The translations under genes were made by a program, and so were the position numbers. A stretch of DNA of 63,426 bases, the filler included, from Saprolegnia diclina VS20 (Eukaryota): NCBI RefSeq assembly GCF_000281045.1. It is 8 parts of 7 records of this genome, joined end to end, with 100 filler letters (N's around TTAATTAATTAA, not from the genome) between each part and the next. Parts side by side here need not be neighbours in the genome. Positions count along the whole stretch, not along the records: positions 1 to 25,965 come from NW_008246221.1; 7 more parts are not named here. One strand, written 5' to 3'. Every line of letters starts with the position of its first letter. Within the stretch, counting starts at the first letter, position 1. Under the pieces are notes generated by a model. It saw only the letters and a program-made list of their open reading frames with translations. It was not told where the DNA came from and did no database searches. Below are positions 1 to 10,510 of the stretch, one piece after another.

Positions 1-809
1 CCAAGTCGCACATTGGCGATGCTGCCGGCAACCATTTGTTCAACCTCCTTCGGCAAAGCCGGAATGCGCTTCTCTCGCTCATCAACGCCGTGCTCCGAGC
101 GACGCCGATCGCCGTCCTATTCCTCGTGAGCTCGTCGATCGTGAGTTACCATTCCAACGCGTCGAGCTTTGTGTCCCAAGCCGGCTACCTTGCACTTGCG
201 TTTCTGAGCGGCGTCGCGTGCCATGTCTTGGTGACGCTACCGCTGCTCCTCTTCCTCTTTACGCGCATCAACCCGTACAACTACCTTAGGCAACTCTTCC
301 CGGCGTATGTCTTTGCGTTTGGGTGCTCGTCGTCCATGGCGACACTGCCGGTCGCCATGACGGTCATCCACCAGACGCGCCAAGTCTCGCCGGCCTTTGG
401 CCAGCTCATCATGTGCCTGGGCACGCCTGTCAACACGAACGCGGCGGGTTTGTACTACCCGCTCATGACCATGTTTCTTGCGATTGCGTCGGGCAACTCG
501 CTTGGGACGCCGCAGCTCGTAGTCCTCTTCCTCGTCTCGCTCTTGGGCTCGATGGGCACGGCGCCCGTCCCGAACGCCGGCCTTGTCATGCTCATGACGG
601 TCTGGAAGACGGTGCTGCCAAACGAGACGCTGCCTCATGCGTTTGTCTACATCGTCGCGATCGACTTTCTCTTTGATCGCATTTGCACCATGACCAACAT
701 CAACGGCAACATGGTCGCCACCCGGATCCTCGCCGCGCAGTTTGACGATGGCCGTGGCTCGACCGAAGATGCCGATCCCGAACCCCATGTGATCCAAGTC
801 GGCGCCTAG
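1..809 (+). CDS. SLC1/DAACS (dicarboxylate/amino acid:cation symporter) family transporter, C-terminal half; 5' part lies outside the window
   Basis: HP1 serine motif FGCSSSMATLP, HP2 GSMGTAPVP, TM8 AIDFLFDRICTMTNINGN; close paralog of 2710..4470. Confidence 0.9.
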   Translation, partial: KSHIGDAAGNHLFNLLRQSRNALLSLINAVLRATPIAVLFLVSSSIVSYHSNASSFVSQAGYLALAFLSGVACHVLVTLPLLLFLFTRINPYNYLRQLFPAYVFAFGCSSSMATLPVAMTVIHQTRQVSPAFGQLIMCLGTPVNTNAAGLYYPLMTMFLAIASGNSLGTPQLVVLFLVSLLGSMGTAPVPNAGLVMLMTVWKTVLPNETLPHAFVYIVAIDFLFDRICTMTNINGNMVATRILAAQFDDGRGSTEDADPEPHVIQVGA

Positions 810-2709
810 TCGTGCGCAATGGTGTGGACGGAATGCAACGTCTACTTGTTGTTTAGTGTCGTATGTGATGGTGTGCAGCGATAGAATGAAATCGATTTTG
901 TGTGTATTTTTTGCAGTTGCCTTGGGTGGGGGTAGGGTTCACGACGCAACAATAGCCCACGGAAATGGACGACTTGTGGGCGACACACTCAATCGCGGAT
1001 CAGTCATGACAAGAAATGACCTTGTCCGACTCTAGTCAGCTTCGTCAGTACTGTATCCGGTCAACCCCGTCGATTTATCACGTTGTCGAGTCTCCGCAAG
1101 CGTACCGATATACATAGAGCAGCGTGGTAGGATCAGCGGTACGCAAATGTGCAAGATTGATGTATGCGTACCCACAGGCCAGACGACGTACAGTATTCCA
1201 AGTGTATGTGGCCTGCTTGGTACACGTTTGATTCGGCATGCTAGAGCAGGTTTGATGTGAGACCTGGTGGTCGCGACAAGGCGAGCGAGAGCGGGGACGG
1301 CTACCCCCCGACGAGCATGCAAGAGACTGGCACGCGATGCTTNNNNNNNNNNNNNNNNNNNNNNNNNNNNNNNNNNNNNNNNNNNNNNNNNNNNNNNNNN
1401 NNNNNNNNNNNNNNNNNNNNNNNNNNNNNNNNNNNNNNNNNNNNNNNNNNNNNNNNNNNNNNNNNNNNNNNNNNNNNNNNNNNNNNNNNNNNNNNNNNNN
1501 NNNNNNNNNNNNNNNNNNNNNNNNNNNNNNNNNNNNNNNNNNNNNNNNNNNNNNNNNNNNNNNNNNNNNNNNNNNNNNNNNNNNNNNNNNNNNNNNNNNN
1601 NNNNNNNNNNNNNNNNNNNNNNNNNNNNNNNNNNNNNNNNNNNNNNNNNNNNNNNNNNNNNNNNNNNNNNNNNNNNNNNNNNNNNNNNNNNNNNNNNNNN
1701 NNNNNNNNNNNNNNNNNNNNNNNNNNNNNNNNNNNNNNNNNNNNNNNNNNNNNNNNNNNNNNNNNNNNNNNNNNNNNNNNNNNNNNNNNNNNNNNNNNNN
1801 NNNNNNNNNNNNNNNNNNNNNNNNNNNNNNNNNNNNNNNNNNNNNNNNNNNNNNNNNNNNNNNNNNNNNNNNNNNNNNNNNNNNNNNNNNNNNNNNNNNN
1901 NNNNNNNNNNNNNNNNNNNNNNNNNNNNNNNNNNNNNNNNNNNNNNNNNNNNNNNNNNNNNNNNNNNNNNNNNNNNNNNNNNNNNNNNNNNNNNNNNNNN
2001 NNNNNNNNNNNNNNNNNNNNNNNNNNNNNNNNNNNNNNNGCCGCATTCGCGGTTTCCAAAGGCACCACGAAGTTCGCTCTTCCTACCACGGGTATGCGTC
2101 AATGTGTAATCTCGTCGTAGCCTGCGCTTCTGGCACACCGATTCGTTCATCCGTCCTTTACCTCGTTCGACACGGACACTCGGGTATCCCGTGCGGCAAG
2201 TCGCAGGCAAGACGTCGTTCGACTCGACGAAGAAAACAAAAAAAGAAGAAGGTGGTCAGTCGCGCACTGCCGATCTTTTTGCGCGTGTCGTTCGTTGAAG
2301 CGCAACATGTGTTTCCGAGGCAGGACAAACCCAGGTGGTATCGTCCAAGCCAATGGGCGTGCAGCATATGGCAAGCATCTCCCAGGTGACATGAGCAGGT
2401 GTCAAGTCAAACTCGTGATCAGACATGACAGGCAAGCCAGACCAGGTGAGCGGTCCAGTGCTTGCGAAATCTAGAGTCCGCTTTTCCGTTTAAGCGCGGA
2501 AACGTTGCCACCCGATGCTTTGTCTCGGGCCATCGGCCGTCGAAATTCTCAGCTGAGGAGCTGGTCGGGAACGCAACCTCCTCCTGCTGTTCCCGTGACG
2601 ACAAGGGCACATGACATTTCTTCCCAGCGCCTCTGCTTTCGTTTCGAGTTGCCTCGTGCGTACGTAGCAGCTGATGGCTCATTGTCGATTTCGATTCGAA
2701 CCCGTCGCC

Positions 2710-4470
2710 ATGCCAGAAAAAGGCATCTACCTCTACTACAGTAACGATGCACCGCATACCGAGCCGTCCCCGGCGCCGATCGGGCACCACCTCTTGCATA
2801 CCACGCCCGGGTCGGTCTCGTCAACCAGCACAGGTCCAAGCGGCGACCGCCGAGCGCCGCAGCCCTCTGAGCCGCTCGGTCTGCGCACCAACTTTTCAGC
2901 GCGGAATCAGCCAGAGGGCGTTGGCACACCACCGCTAATCTACGACGACCCGATTCTCGAGGAGCATGACCCCAAGCACCTCGCGGCTGGCAACTTTGAC
3001 TCGCGCTCGAGCTCTGTCTTTGTCAACTCGATCGCGGTCGTCATTGGCGCTGCCGTCGGCATTGGTCTCGGGCTCTTGCTGGCCAAGCTCGACGTTGGCC
3101 GTGACGTTGAGCAATGGATCGCGCTGCCCGGCGACCTCTTTGTGCGCGCGCTCCGGTGCCTCGTTGTGCCGCTGGTCTTTTGCTCGATGACAGTCTCGAT
3201 CGCCGAAGTGATTGTCCTCAACCGGACGTCGGTCTTGACGCTCCGGACCGTTTTCGTCTTCTTCCTCACGTCGTCGCTCGCGGCGGTTCAAGGCATGATT
3301 GTGGCTATGGTGTTTCGAGCCTTGTACAGCGCACCCAACGCGGTTGCAGCGGCTTCGGCGTCGAGCAATGCCGCAATCATCGGGCTCAAATGCGCCAACG
3401 GGCTCTTCCTCGGCGCTGCCGAGAACGGGTCGGTCGCGTGCTTTGAGCCCAACGCGACTGGCGCAGCCTTGTATCAGGTCAACGACATCAACAACGTGCT
3501 CAACATCCAAAGCAAGTTCCAGCAACTCTCGCTCACCGACCAAGTGATTGCGATCATCAACTTGATGGTGTCGGACAACATTTTCAACTCGCTCGCCAAT
3601 GGATCGCTCTTGAGCATCATCATGTTTGCGCTGCCGCTCGGCGTCGCGGTTGCCAAGTCGCACTCGGGCGCCGCCAGTACGAACGCCTTGCTCAACCTCC
3701 TCCGCCAAAGCCGGAATGCGCTTCTCTCGCTCATCAACGCCGTGCTCGCCATGACCCCGATCGCTGTTTGCTTTCTCGTGAGCTCGTCCATCATGTCGTA
3801 CAACTCGAACGCGTCGAGCTTTGTGTCCCAAGCCGGCTACCTCGCGCTCGCCTTTATCAGCGGCGTCGCGTGCCACGTCTTGGTGACGCTGCCGCTCCTC
3901 CTCTTCCTCTTTACGCGCATCAACCCGTACAACTACCTCCGGCAGCTCTTCCCGGCGTATGTCTTTGCGTTTGGGTGCTCGTCGTCCATGGCGACGCTCC
4001 CGGTTGCCGTCACGGTGATTCACCAGACGCGCCAAGTCTCGCCGGGGTTTGGCCAACTGATCATGTGCCTGGGCACGCCCGTCAACACGAACGCGGCGGG
4101 CTTGTACTACCCGCTCATGACGACCTTTCTTGCCATTGCGTCGGGCAACACACTCGGAATGCCGCAGCTCGTCGTGCTCTACTTTGTTTCGCTCTTGGGC
4201 TCGATGGGCACAGCGCCGGTCCCAAACGCCGCGCTTGTGATGCTCATGACGGTCTGGAAGACAGTGTTTCCGAACGAGACACTGCCATCAGCATTTGTCT
4301 ATATCGTCGCGATCGACTTTCTCTTTGATCGCATTTGCACCATGACCAATGTCAACGGCAACATGGTCGCCACCCGAATCCTCGCCGCTCGTTTCGACGA
4401 CACGAGCAGCTCGTGCTCGGGCGACGAAGCGGCGCATCGAACTGAAGCCGTCACCGAAGAAGTGCCGTGA
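2710..4470 (+). CDS. SLC1/DAACS family transporter, intronless
   Basis: PGDLFVRALRCLVVPLVF, DNIFNSL, FGCSSSMATLP, TM8 DRICTMTNVNGN; ATG at 2710 (MPEKGIYLY) matches the N-termini of the paralogs. Confidence 0.92.
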   Translation: MPEKGIYLYYSNDAPHTEPSPAPIGHHLLHTTPGSVSSTSTGPSGDRRAPQPSEPLGLRTNFSARNQPEGVGTPPLIYDDPILEEHDPKHLAAGNFDSRSSSVFVNSIAVVIGAAVGIGLGLLLAKLDVGRDVEQWIALPGDLFVRALRCLVVPLVFCSMTVSIAEVIVLNRTSVLTLRTVFVFFLTSSLAAVQGMIVAMVFRALYSAPNAVAAASASSNAAIIGLKCANGLFLGAAENGSVACFEPNATGAALYQVNDINNVLNIQSKFQQLSLTDQVIAIINLMVSDNIFNSLANGSLLSIIMFALPLGVAVAKSHSGAASTNALLNLLRQSRNALLSLINAVLAMTPIAVCFLVSSSIMSYNSNASSFVSQAGYLALAFISGVACHVLVTLPLLLFLFTRINPYNYLRQLFPAYVFAFGCSSSMATLPVAVTVIHQTRQVSPGFGQLIMCLGTPVNTNAAGLYYPLMTTFLAIASGNTLGMPQLVVLYFVSLLGSMGTAPVPNAALVMLMTVWKTVFPNETLPSAFVYIVAIDFLFDRICTMTNVNGNMVATRILAARFDDTSSSCSGDEAAHRTEAVTEEVP

Positions 4471-5189
4471 TCGTCGTCAGCATCCTACTTGCGCGTGTGT
4501 ATTGTTGTGCTATCTATCCAATACGAGTAACCCTGTCGTTGAACCTCAAGTGCAAACGCAAAGCGGCCGGTTGTCGGCATTTGGGAATGGCTTTGGTTGC
4601 TATTACTTGGCTAGCTGCTCGGGCCAACACAGTAGGACGTATGCAGAAAATGGGAATCGACGTTGTCCGTAGAGTCGTGCAGTGGGTCTCAGGTATGCAG
4701 GAGTGGTCCTGGGCAGAAATACGAAGAAGCATCATGGGCGTGATGACGGCCATGGCCAGCGTGTCTAATTCCCGAGCGACCAGACAAGACACCGAACAAG
4801 AATCAAACCTTCGGTACGCGCCGACATACGACGAGACGATTGCGTCCGTGGTGCGCACATATACAAGTAATATGCACGAACGCGACCAGGCAGTCGGCGC
4901 ATCTACGTACAATAAGATCGACGATGCGTTCTGGCCCGGCAATGCACACGCGCACCAAAGCGCCTTGGTTCGTTCTGGGTAAGGTCAAAAGATACGGGGC
5001 AAGGCCAGGACATCTCACCCAGGAGCAGCAAGAGTGGTCCGCCCAACGTAGCCATGTGAGTGTTTCATGGCCCAGGCAGTTCCACCCAGGGTCGCCACCA
5101 TATGTTTGTCGCGCCATCTTGGTTGCGAAATCGCCGTGGGACGGACCGAGCCGCATTTCTTAACTTGCACTTTGGACGCGACCGTGCTC

Positions 5190-6932
5190 ATGGACAAGCA
5201 GCGAAACCAAGGCATTTACCTCTTTGTCGACGAGACGCCGTCGGACAATGGCACGCCATACCGCGCCTCGCGCCGCGCTAGCTCGGGCCCGACGCCGTCG
5301 TCCGCGGGGTCCAAGGGCAGCCGTGGGCCGGCGCCGTACGACGTTGGCCTTCGCACCAACTTTACGACCAACAACCACCGCGTGCATGACGCGATGGGCC
5401 CGGGCACGCCGCCCCTCGATACGCAGCTCATCTACGAAGACCCGATCATGGAGGAGCCCAACAAGCAAATGGCGCGCGGCGCTGGCGGCTTTGACCAGCG
5501 CACGAACGCGCCGCTCGTGAGTTCGATTGCTGTCATTATCTGCTGCGCGGTCGGCGTCGGCGTTGGCATTCTGCTCGCCTACCTCAAGACGCCAGAGGGG
5601 GTCATGCAGTGGGTGCAGCTGCCCGGTGACCTCTTTGTGCGCGCGCTGCAGTGCCTCATTGTCCCTGTGGTGTTTTGCACGATGGCAGTCTCGGTCGCCG
5701 AAGTCGTCGTCCTCAAGCGCACGTCCGTGCTCTCGTGGCGGACAGCGGGCGTCTTCTTCCTAACGTCGTTCCTCGCGACGGTGCAAGGGATGCTGGTCGC
5801 GTTCATTTACAAGTTCCTCGTCGACGGGTCGAGCGCCGCCGAGACGGGCACCGACGGCTCGCACTTGCTCAACTTTACGCTCACGTGCGCCAACAAGGAG
5901 ACGCTGCATCAATTTCCGGACGGGTCGGTCGCGTGCGCGTCGGCGGGGGCAGCCAACGGCACCAACTACTTTATCGTCGAGGACATCAACAAGGTGCTCT
6001 CGCTCAACTCGCAGTACGCGCAGCTCTCGCTCACCGACCAAGTGATTGCGACCATCAGCCTCATGGTACCGGACAACATCTTTGCCGCGCTCTCGGACGG
6101 CACGCTTCTGAGCATCATCGTCTTTGCGTTCGCTTTTGGGATTGCAGTCGCCAAGTCGCACCTCGGCAACAGCGACGACAACCATTTGCTCACGCTGCTT
6201 CGCCAAGTGCGAAACGCGCTCCTCATGTTTCTCAACGCCGTCTTGCGCCTCACGCCGATCGCAGTCGTGTCGCTCATTGGCGGTGCCATTGGCAGCTACG
6301 GTACGACCGCGACGACCTTTATCTCGCGCGCCGGCTGGCTCGTCCTCGCCTTCTCCAGCGGCATCTTTAGCCACGTGCTCATTGTGATGCCGCTCGTGCT
6401 CTTCCTCACGACGCGCATTCAACCGTACACGTACATTCGCCAGCTCGTGCCCGCGTACGTGTTTTCGTTTGGCAGTTCGTCGTCCATGGCGTCGCTTCCT
6501 GTCGCTGTCACGGTCGTCCAGCAGACGCGCCAAGTGTCGCGCCAAGTCTCGCAGCTCGTCATGTGCCTCGGGACCGCCGTTAACAAGAACGCCGCGGGCT
6601 TGTACTACCCGGTCATGGCCGTCCACCTTGCGTGCGCGTCGGGCAATTCGAGTTCGTTTGGCATCACACAAATGGTCGTCCTCTTCTTCGTGTCGCTCCT
6701 CGGCTCGATGGGCACGGCGCCGGTGCCGAATGCGGCGCTGGTCATGCTCATGACGGTCTGGAAGACGGCGACGTCGACGGCGTTTCCGCAGCAGGCGTTC
6801 ACGACCGTCGTCGCCGTCGACTTTCTCGTCGACCGCATGTGCACGACAACCAACGTCTACGGCAACATGATTGCGACGCGGATCTTGGCCGCGCACTACG
6901 ACGAGCCCAACGAGACGGGCGACGAACATTGA
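5190..6932 (+). CDS. SLC1/DAACS family transporter, intronless
   Basis: PGDLFVRALQCLIVP, PDNIFAAL, FGSSSSMASLP, DRMCTTTNVYGN; first ATG at 5190. Confidence 0.92.
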   Translation: MDKQRNQGIYLFVDETPSDNGTPYRASRRASSGPTPSSAGSKGSRGPAPYDVGLRTNFTTNNHRVHDAMGPGTPPLDTQLIYEDPIMEEPNKQMARGAGGFDQRTNAPLVSSIAVIICCAVGVGVGILLAYLKTPEGVMQWVQLPGDLFVRALQCLIVPVVFCTMAVSVAEVVVLKRTSVLSWRTAGVFFLTSFLATVQGMLVAFIYKFLVDGSSAAETGTDGSHLLNFTLTCANKETLHQFPDGSVACASAGAANGTNYFIVEDINKVLSLNSQYAQLSLTDQVIATISLMVPDNIFAALSDGTLLSIIVFAFAFGIAVAKSHLGNSDDNHLLTLLRQVRNALLMFLNAVLRLTPIAVVSLIGGAIGSYGTTATTFISRAGWLVLAFSSGIFSHVLIVMPLVLFLTTRIQPYTYIRQLVPAYVFSFGSSSSMASLPVAVTVVQQTRQVSRQVSQLVMCLGTAVNKNAAGLYYPVMAVHLACASGNSSSFGITQMVVLFFVSLLGSMGTAPVPNAALVMLMTVWKTATSTAFPQQAFTTVVAVDFLVDRMCTTTNVYGNMIATRILAAHYDEPNETGDEH

Positions 6933-7881
6933 TCGAAATAGTACTTTGCGCCGTCTTTCTATATGTGTTACGTGGACAATATCGTGTGTTAACTTTAAAA
7001 AAAAAAAAACTTGACATGACTCGCGTCCACAATGTGCCATGCGCCCGATGCAAGCTTCCATCGCGCCGCTGGATTACTTCCGAGCACTAGAGATGCCATC
7101 AGGGGTAGGGGTGACATAGCAAACCGCTTCAATTTGTAATCCCCAGAAACGTAGAGACAGGAGGAGGTTGCCCATCGTTCGTTTGCTCCTTTTTGTCCTA
7201 CCCTGCAGGGCCGTAGAAGTGGAAGAGAGGGTGGATTTTCGCTACGTTGGCCGGACACGATGGCGTGCACTTGGCGGATGATGCGCTCCGTGCGCTAGAG
7301 TAGCACCACGGCGTTCGAATTTGACGGCGCAGAAGCACCGCAACAATGTACCACCGTCCTGGTGCTTGCCTTTGCCGCTCACGAAGAAAGGGGCAAATTA
7401 CTTACAAGGCCGATTGCGAGCACGGTTGCTGCGTGTTGCAGCCACATCATGACGCTGCGCTTCGTCGTCGCGATCTTTCTTTCGTGCGGCCACCAGCTGG
7501 GTGCGACGTGCGCAGACGTCACGGACATGGAACCGGTCGACGTGGCTCGGTCCTCGGCCATCCGGGTACCGCACCGACCGCTCACCGATGCGAACCGACC
7601 GCTCTTGGGGTACGAGACCACGTCATGGCAGGCTTTGGGTGGAGGATAACCACGCCCCACCTTTAAATGACCTTGTGCCGTGACTGGCGCAGAGCGCTCG
7701 AGCGCCGTCGCGCTGCCCAATTGTATGCTCGCACTTGAGCATTTGCAGCCGCAAGCCGCTGTCTCGTGGACACGTAACTGCCAACCGTTTCACACCAAAA
7801 GCAACGGTTCGGAGCGCATGAAAATCTTAAATATGTGTTGATTCTACCACAACTACCTTAGCTCGTAGACCTAGCGTGCGA

Positions 7882-9750
7882 CTAGACGTCACGGGCGCGA
7901 CTTGCTTCCTCTTCGACCATGGCGGTCTGGTCGTGGCCCCACGACTCAAAGCCGTCGTCAAAGTGCGCGGCGAGGATGCGTGTGACCATCATGTTGCCGT
8001 TGATGTTGGTCATGGTGCAAATGCGGTCGAGGAGAAAGTCGATCGCGACAACGTAGACAAACGCCGACGGCAGCGCTTGGTTGGGCAGCACCGTCTTCCA
8101 GATCGTCATGAGCATCGCGAGGCCCGAGTTGGGCACGGGCGCCGTGCCCATGCAGCCGAGCAGCGTCACAAAGAAGAGGACGGTCATTTGGGGCGGTCCC
8201 AAAAGCCCGTTGACGCCAGCAACGTTGGCCATGAAGACAACGAGGACCGGATAGTAGAGGCCGCCCGCATTGAGGTTCACAGGTGTGCCAAGGCACATGA
8301 TGAGCTGTGCGAGCGACCGCGACACTTGGCGCGTTTGGTGAATGACCGTGACGGCGACCGGAAGCGCCGCCATGGACGACGAGCACCCAAACGCAAAGAC
8401 GTAGGCCGGAAAGAGCTGGCGCATGTAGTTATACGGGTTGGTGCGCGTAAACAAAAAAACGACCATGGGCATCGTCACAAGCACGTGAAATACGACGCTC
8501 GTGCTGAACGCCAACAAGAGGTACCCGCCTTGGGCCATGATGGCCGACGCGTTGCCGTACATGACGATCGCGCTGCTAACGAGAAAGACGACCGCGATCG
8601 GCGTCAGGTACAAGACGGCGTTGATGAGAATCAGAAGCGCGTTGCGCGTTTGGCGCAGTGCATTCAAGAGCGCATTCGAGCGCATGTGGCCATTGTGCGA
8701 CTTGGCGACTGCGTACCCGAGCGGCAAGGCAAACATAATGACCGAGAGGAGCGCGCCGTCGGCGAGCGCGCTAAAGATGTTGTCGGGGACCGATGTGTTG
8801 ATGATACCAATCACTTGCTGCGTGAGCGTGAGGTCGCTCAGTGCCGTCGTGTTGAGTGTGAGGAGCCCGTGGACGTCGGCGACTTGAAACTGCGCAAGCG
8901 ACTCGTTCGCGCTGCCACCAATGCACGCAAGCGACGAGCCATTCGTGCCCCTTTCCGCGAGGTACTGACCGTTGCGGCACTGCAGCGCAAAGACGAGACG
9001 CGGGGCGGGTGCGGTGCTCGCGACGGAGCTTGAGGCAAACATGCGACGGTACACGATGGCGACGACAAGGCCTTGGACTGTCGAGAGAAACGACGAGAGA
9101 AAGTACGTGAATGCCGTGCGCCACGTGAGCACCGAGGTTTTCTTCAGTACGACGACTTCAGCGATCGAGACGGTCATCGTGCAAAACACCATGGGCACGA
9201 CGAGGCAGCGCAGTGCACGCACGAATAGGTCGCCGGGCAGCGCGAGCCATTGGAGGCTGTCGCGAGACATGTGCAGTTGCGAGAGACCGACGCCGGCGCC
9301 GGCACCGACGATCGCGCCAATGATGACCGAGAGCGTGCTCACAAACGTCCGATGGGACCGAGGGTCGTAGTTGCGCGTGTCGTGCTGCTCCTTCTCGGGC
9401 ACTTCTTCCAATAGCGGGTAGTCGTTGGCGTCGTCCACGTGGCCCAAGATCGCATCGTCGTCGTCGTTGTGGTTGGGCGTTGGCGTGAGCGTCGATGGCC
9501 GCGACAGTGTCGATGGCCGAGAGAGGTTGGACGGGCGTGTGAGATTGTTCGATGGGCGAGGTTGCTTAGGTGTGGTAAAGTTGGTTCGGACGTCGGCGGT
9601 TTCCGGCGGCGGTGGGCGCCGGCGACTATGGCCGCTCGAGGTCGCCGACGAAGACGCACCCGACGACGACGCTGCGTGGGGTCGTCGGCGCGGCGGTGCC
9701 GGTGCCGGTGACACGATCGGGTCGCCCGCGTACAAGATGACACCCGGCAT
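7882..9750 (-). CDS. SLC1/DAACS family transporter, intronless, convergent with the preceding copies
   Basis: 622-aa ORF with PGDLFVRALRCLVVP, PDNIFSAL, FGCSSSMAALP, DRICTMTNINGN. Confidence 0.92.
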   Translation of the reverse strand: MPGVILYAGDPIVSPAPAPPRRRPHAASSSGASSSATSSGHSRRRPPPPETADVRTNFTTPKQPRPSNNLTRPSNLSRPSTLSRPSTLTPTPNHNDDDDAILGHVDDANDYPLLEEVPEKEQHDTRNYDPRSHRTFVSTLSVIIGAIVGAGAGVGLSQLHMSRDSLQWLALPGDLFVRALRCLVVPMVFCTMTVSIAEVVVLKKTSVLTWRTAFTYFLSSFLSTVQGLVVAIVYRRMFASSSVASTAPAPRLVFALQCRNGQYLAERGTNGSSLACIGGSANESLAQFQVADVHGLLTLNTTALSDLTLTQQVIGIINTSVPDNIFSALADGALLSVIMFALPLGYAVAKSHNGHMRSNALLNALRQTRNALLILINAVLYLTPIAVVFLVSSAIVMYGNASAIMAQGGYLLLAFSTSVVFHVLVTMPMVVFLFTRTNPYNYMRQLFPAYVFAFGCSSSMAALPVAVTVIHQTRQVSRSLAQLIMCLGTPVNLNAGGLYYPVLVVFMANVAGVNGLLGPPQMTVLFFVTLLGCMGTAPVPNSGLAMLMTIWKTVLPNQALPSAFVYVVAIDFLLDRICTMTNINGNMMVTRILAAHFDDGFESWGHDQTAMVEEEASRARDV

Positions 9751-10510
9751 GCCCTTCGTGACGAGTACTTCTGTGCACGTCCAATATTATTCGCGTAGGT
9801 AATTGCGACCAGCTGCGATGCCGAGCCTTCGCATGTGTGCCTGGGTGCCACCCGCGCCGCTTTTACAGTACAGCGCGATACAGTCGTTCGTTTGATTGGC
9901 TCGATCTCCTTTGATACACAACATCCCAACGCGTTCTCGCTTCTCCGAGTTGCCTTCAACCGTGCTGTCAACTTTACACTGGCGGCGACGCGGCCTCGAT
10001 GGCGCTCAACCCGCGTACGCAGTGGTTGCTGCTTCGCAGACAGCACACCTCGCGTCTGCGCTACTACGCTACTACGCGGCTGGCTGCGTTTTGGAGGCTG
10101 CATATCATTTTCTGCGCTGCCGCCCGGCAATTTGGAAATGGTTTGAGCGCAGACAGAGAAGCCGACACGGCCAAGACTCTGTCGCAGCACACATCGTGGT
10201 TGTTGCTTCAGCGGTGGTGGAGTGCGCGGGCCGCGGTATGCTAAAGCTGTTGCCAGCTCTGACGACGCTATGGCCTGGAGCTGCGAACCACACATGCAGA
10301 CAGACAGCCAGCATGGATCTACGCTGGCGGTGCGCTGGTGCGTTGGCCGCTCAAGCCAGTGCGTTGCCGCCACCTGTATCACCCTTTCTAACCGGTTTTG
10401 TCACATTGCCGTTGGGCTCTCTTAACCGGTTATCGGTCGAGCCGAATGGATCGCATAACCGGCTTGGCTCGTAACCGGCTCGAGCGTATCTTACACGATC
10501 GGCGGCGGCG

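Noticed and set aside
1032..2389. Long ORFs spanning the N gap (also 23977-25348)
   Set aside because: Artefacts of translating Ns.
2935..9033. Long antisense ORFs over the transporter genes (similarly 33560..35116, 41482..42732, 58931..60304)
   Set aside because: Shadow frames caused by high GC3 codon bias of the real genes on the opposite strand.
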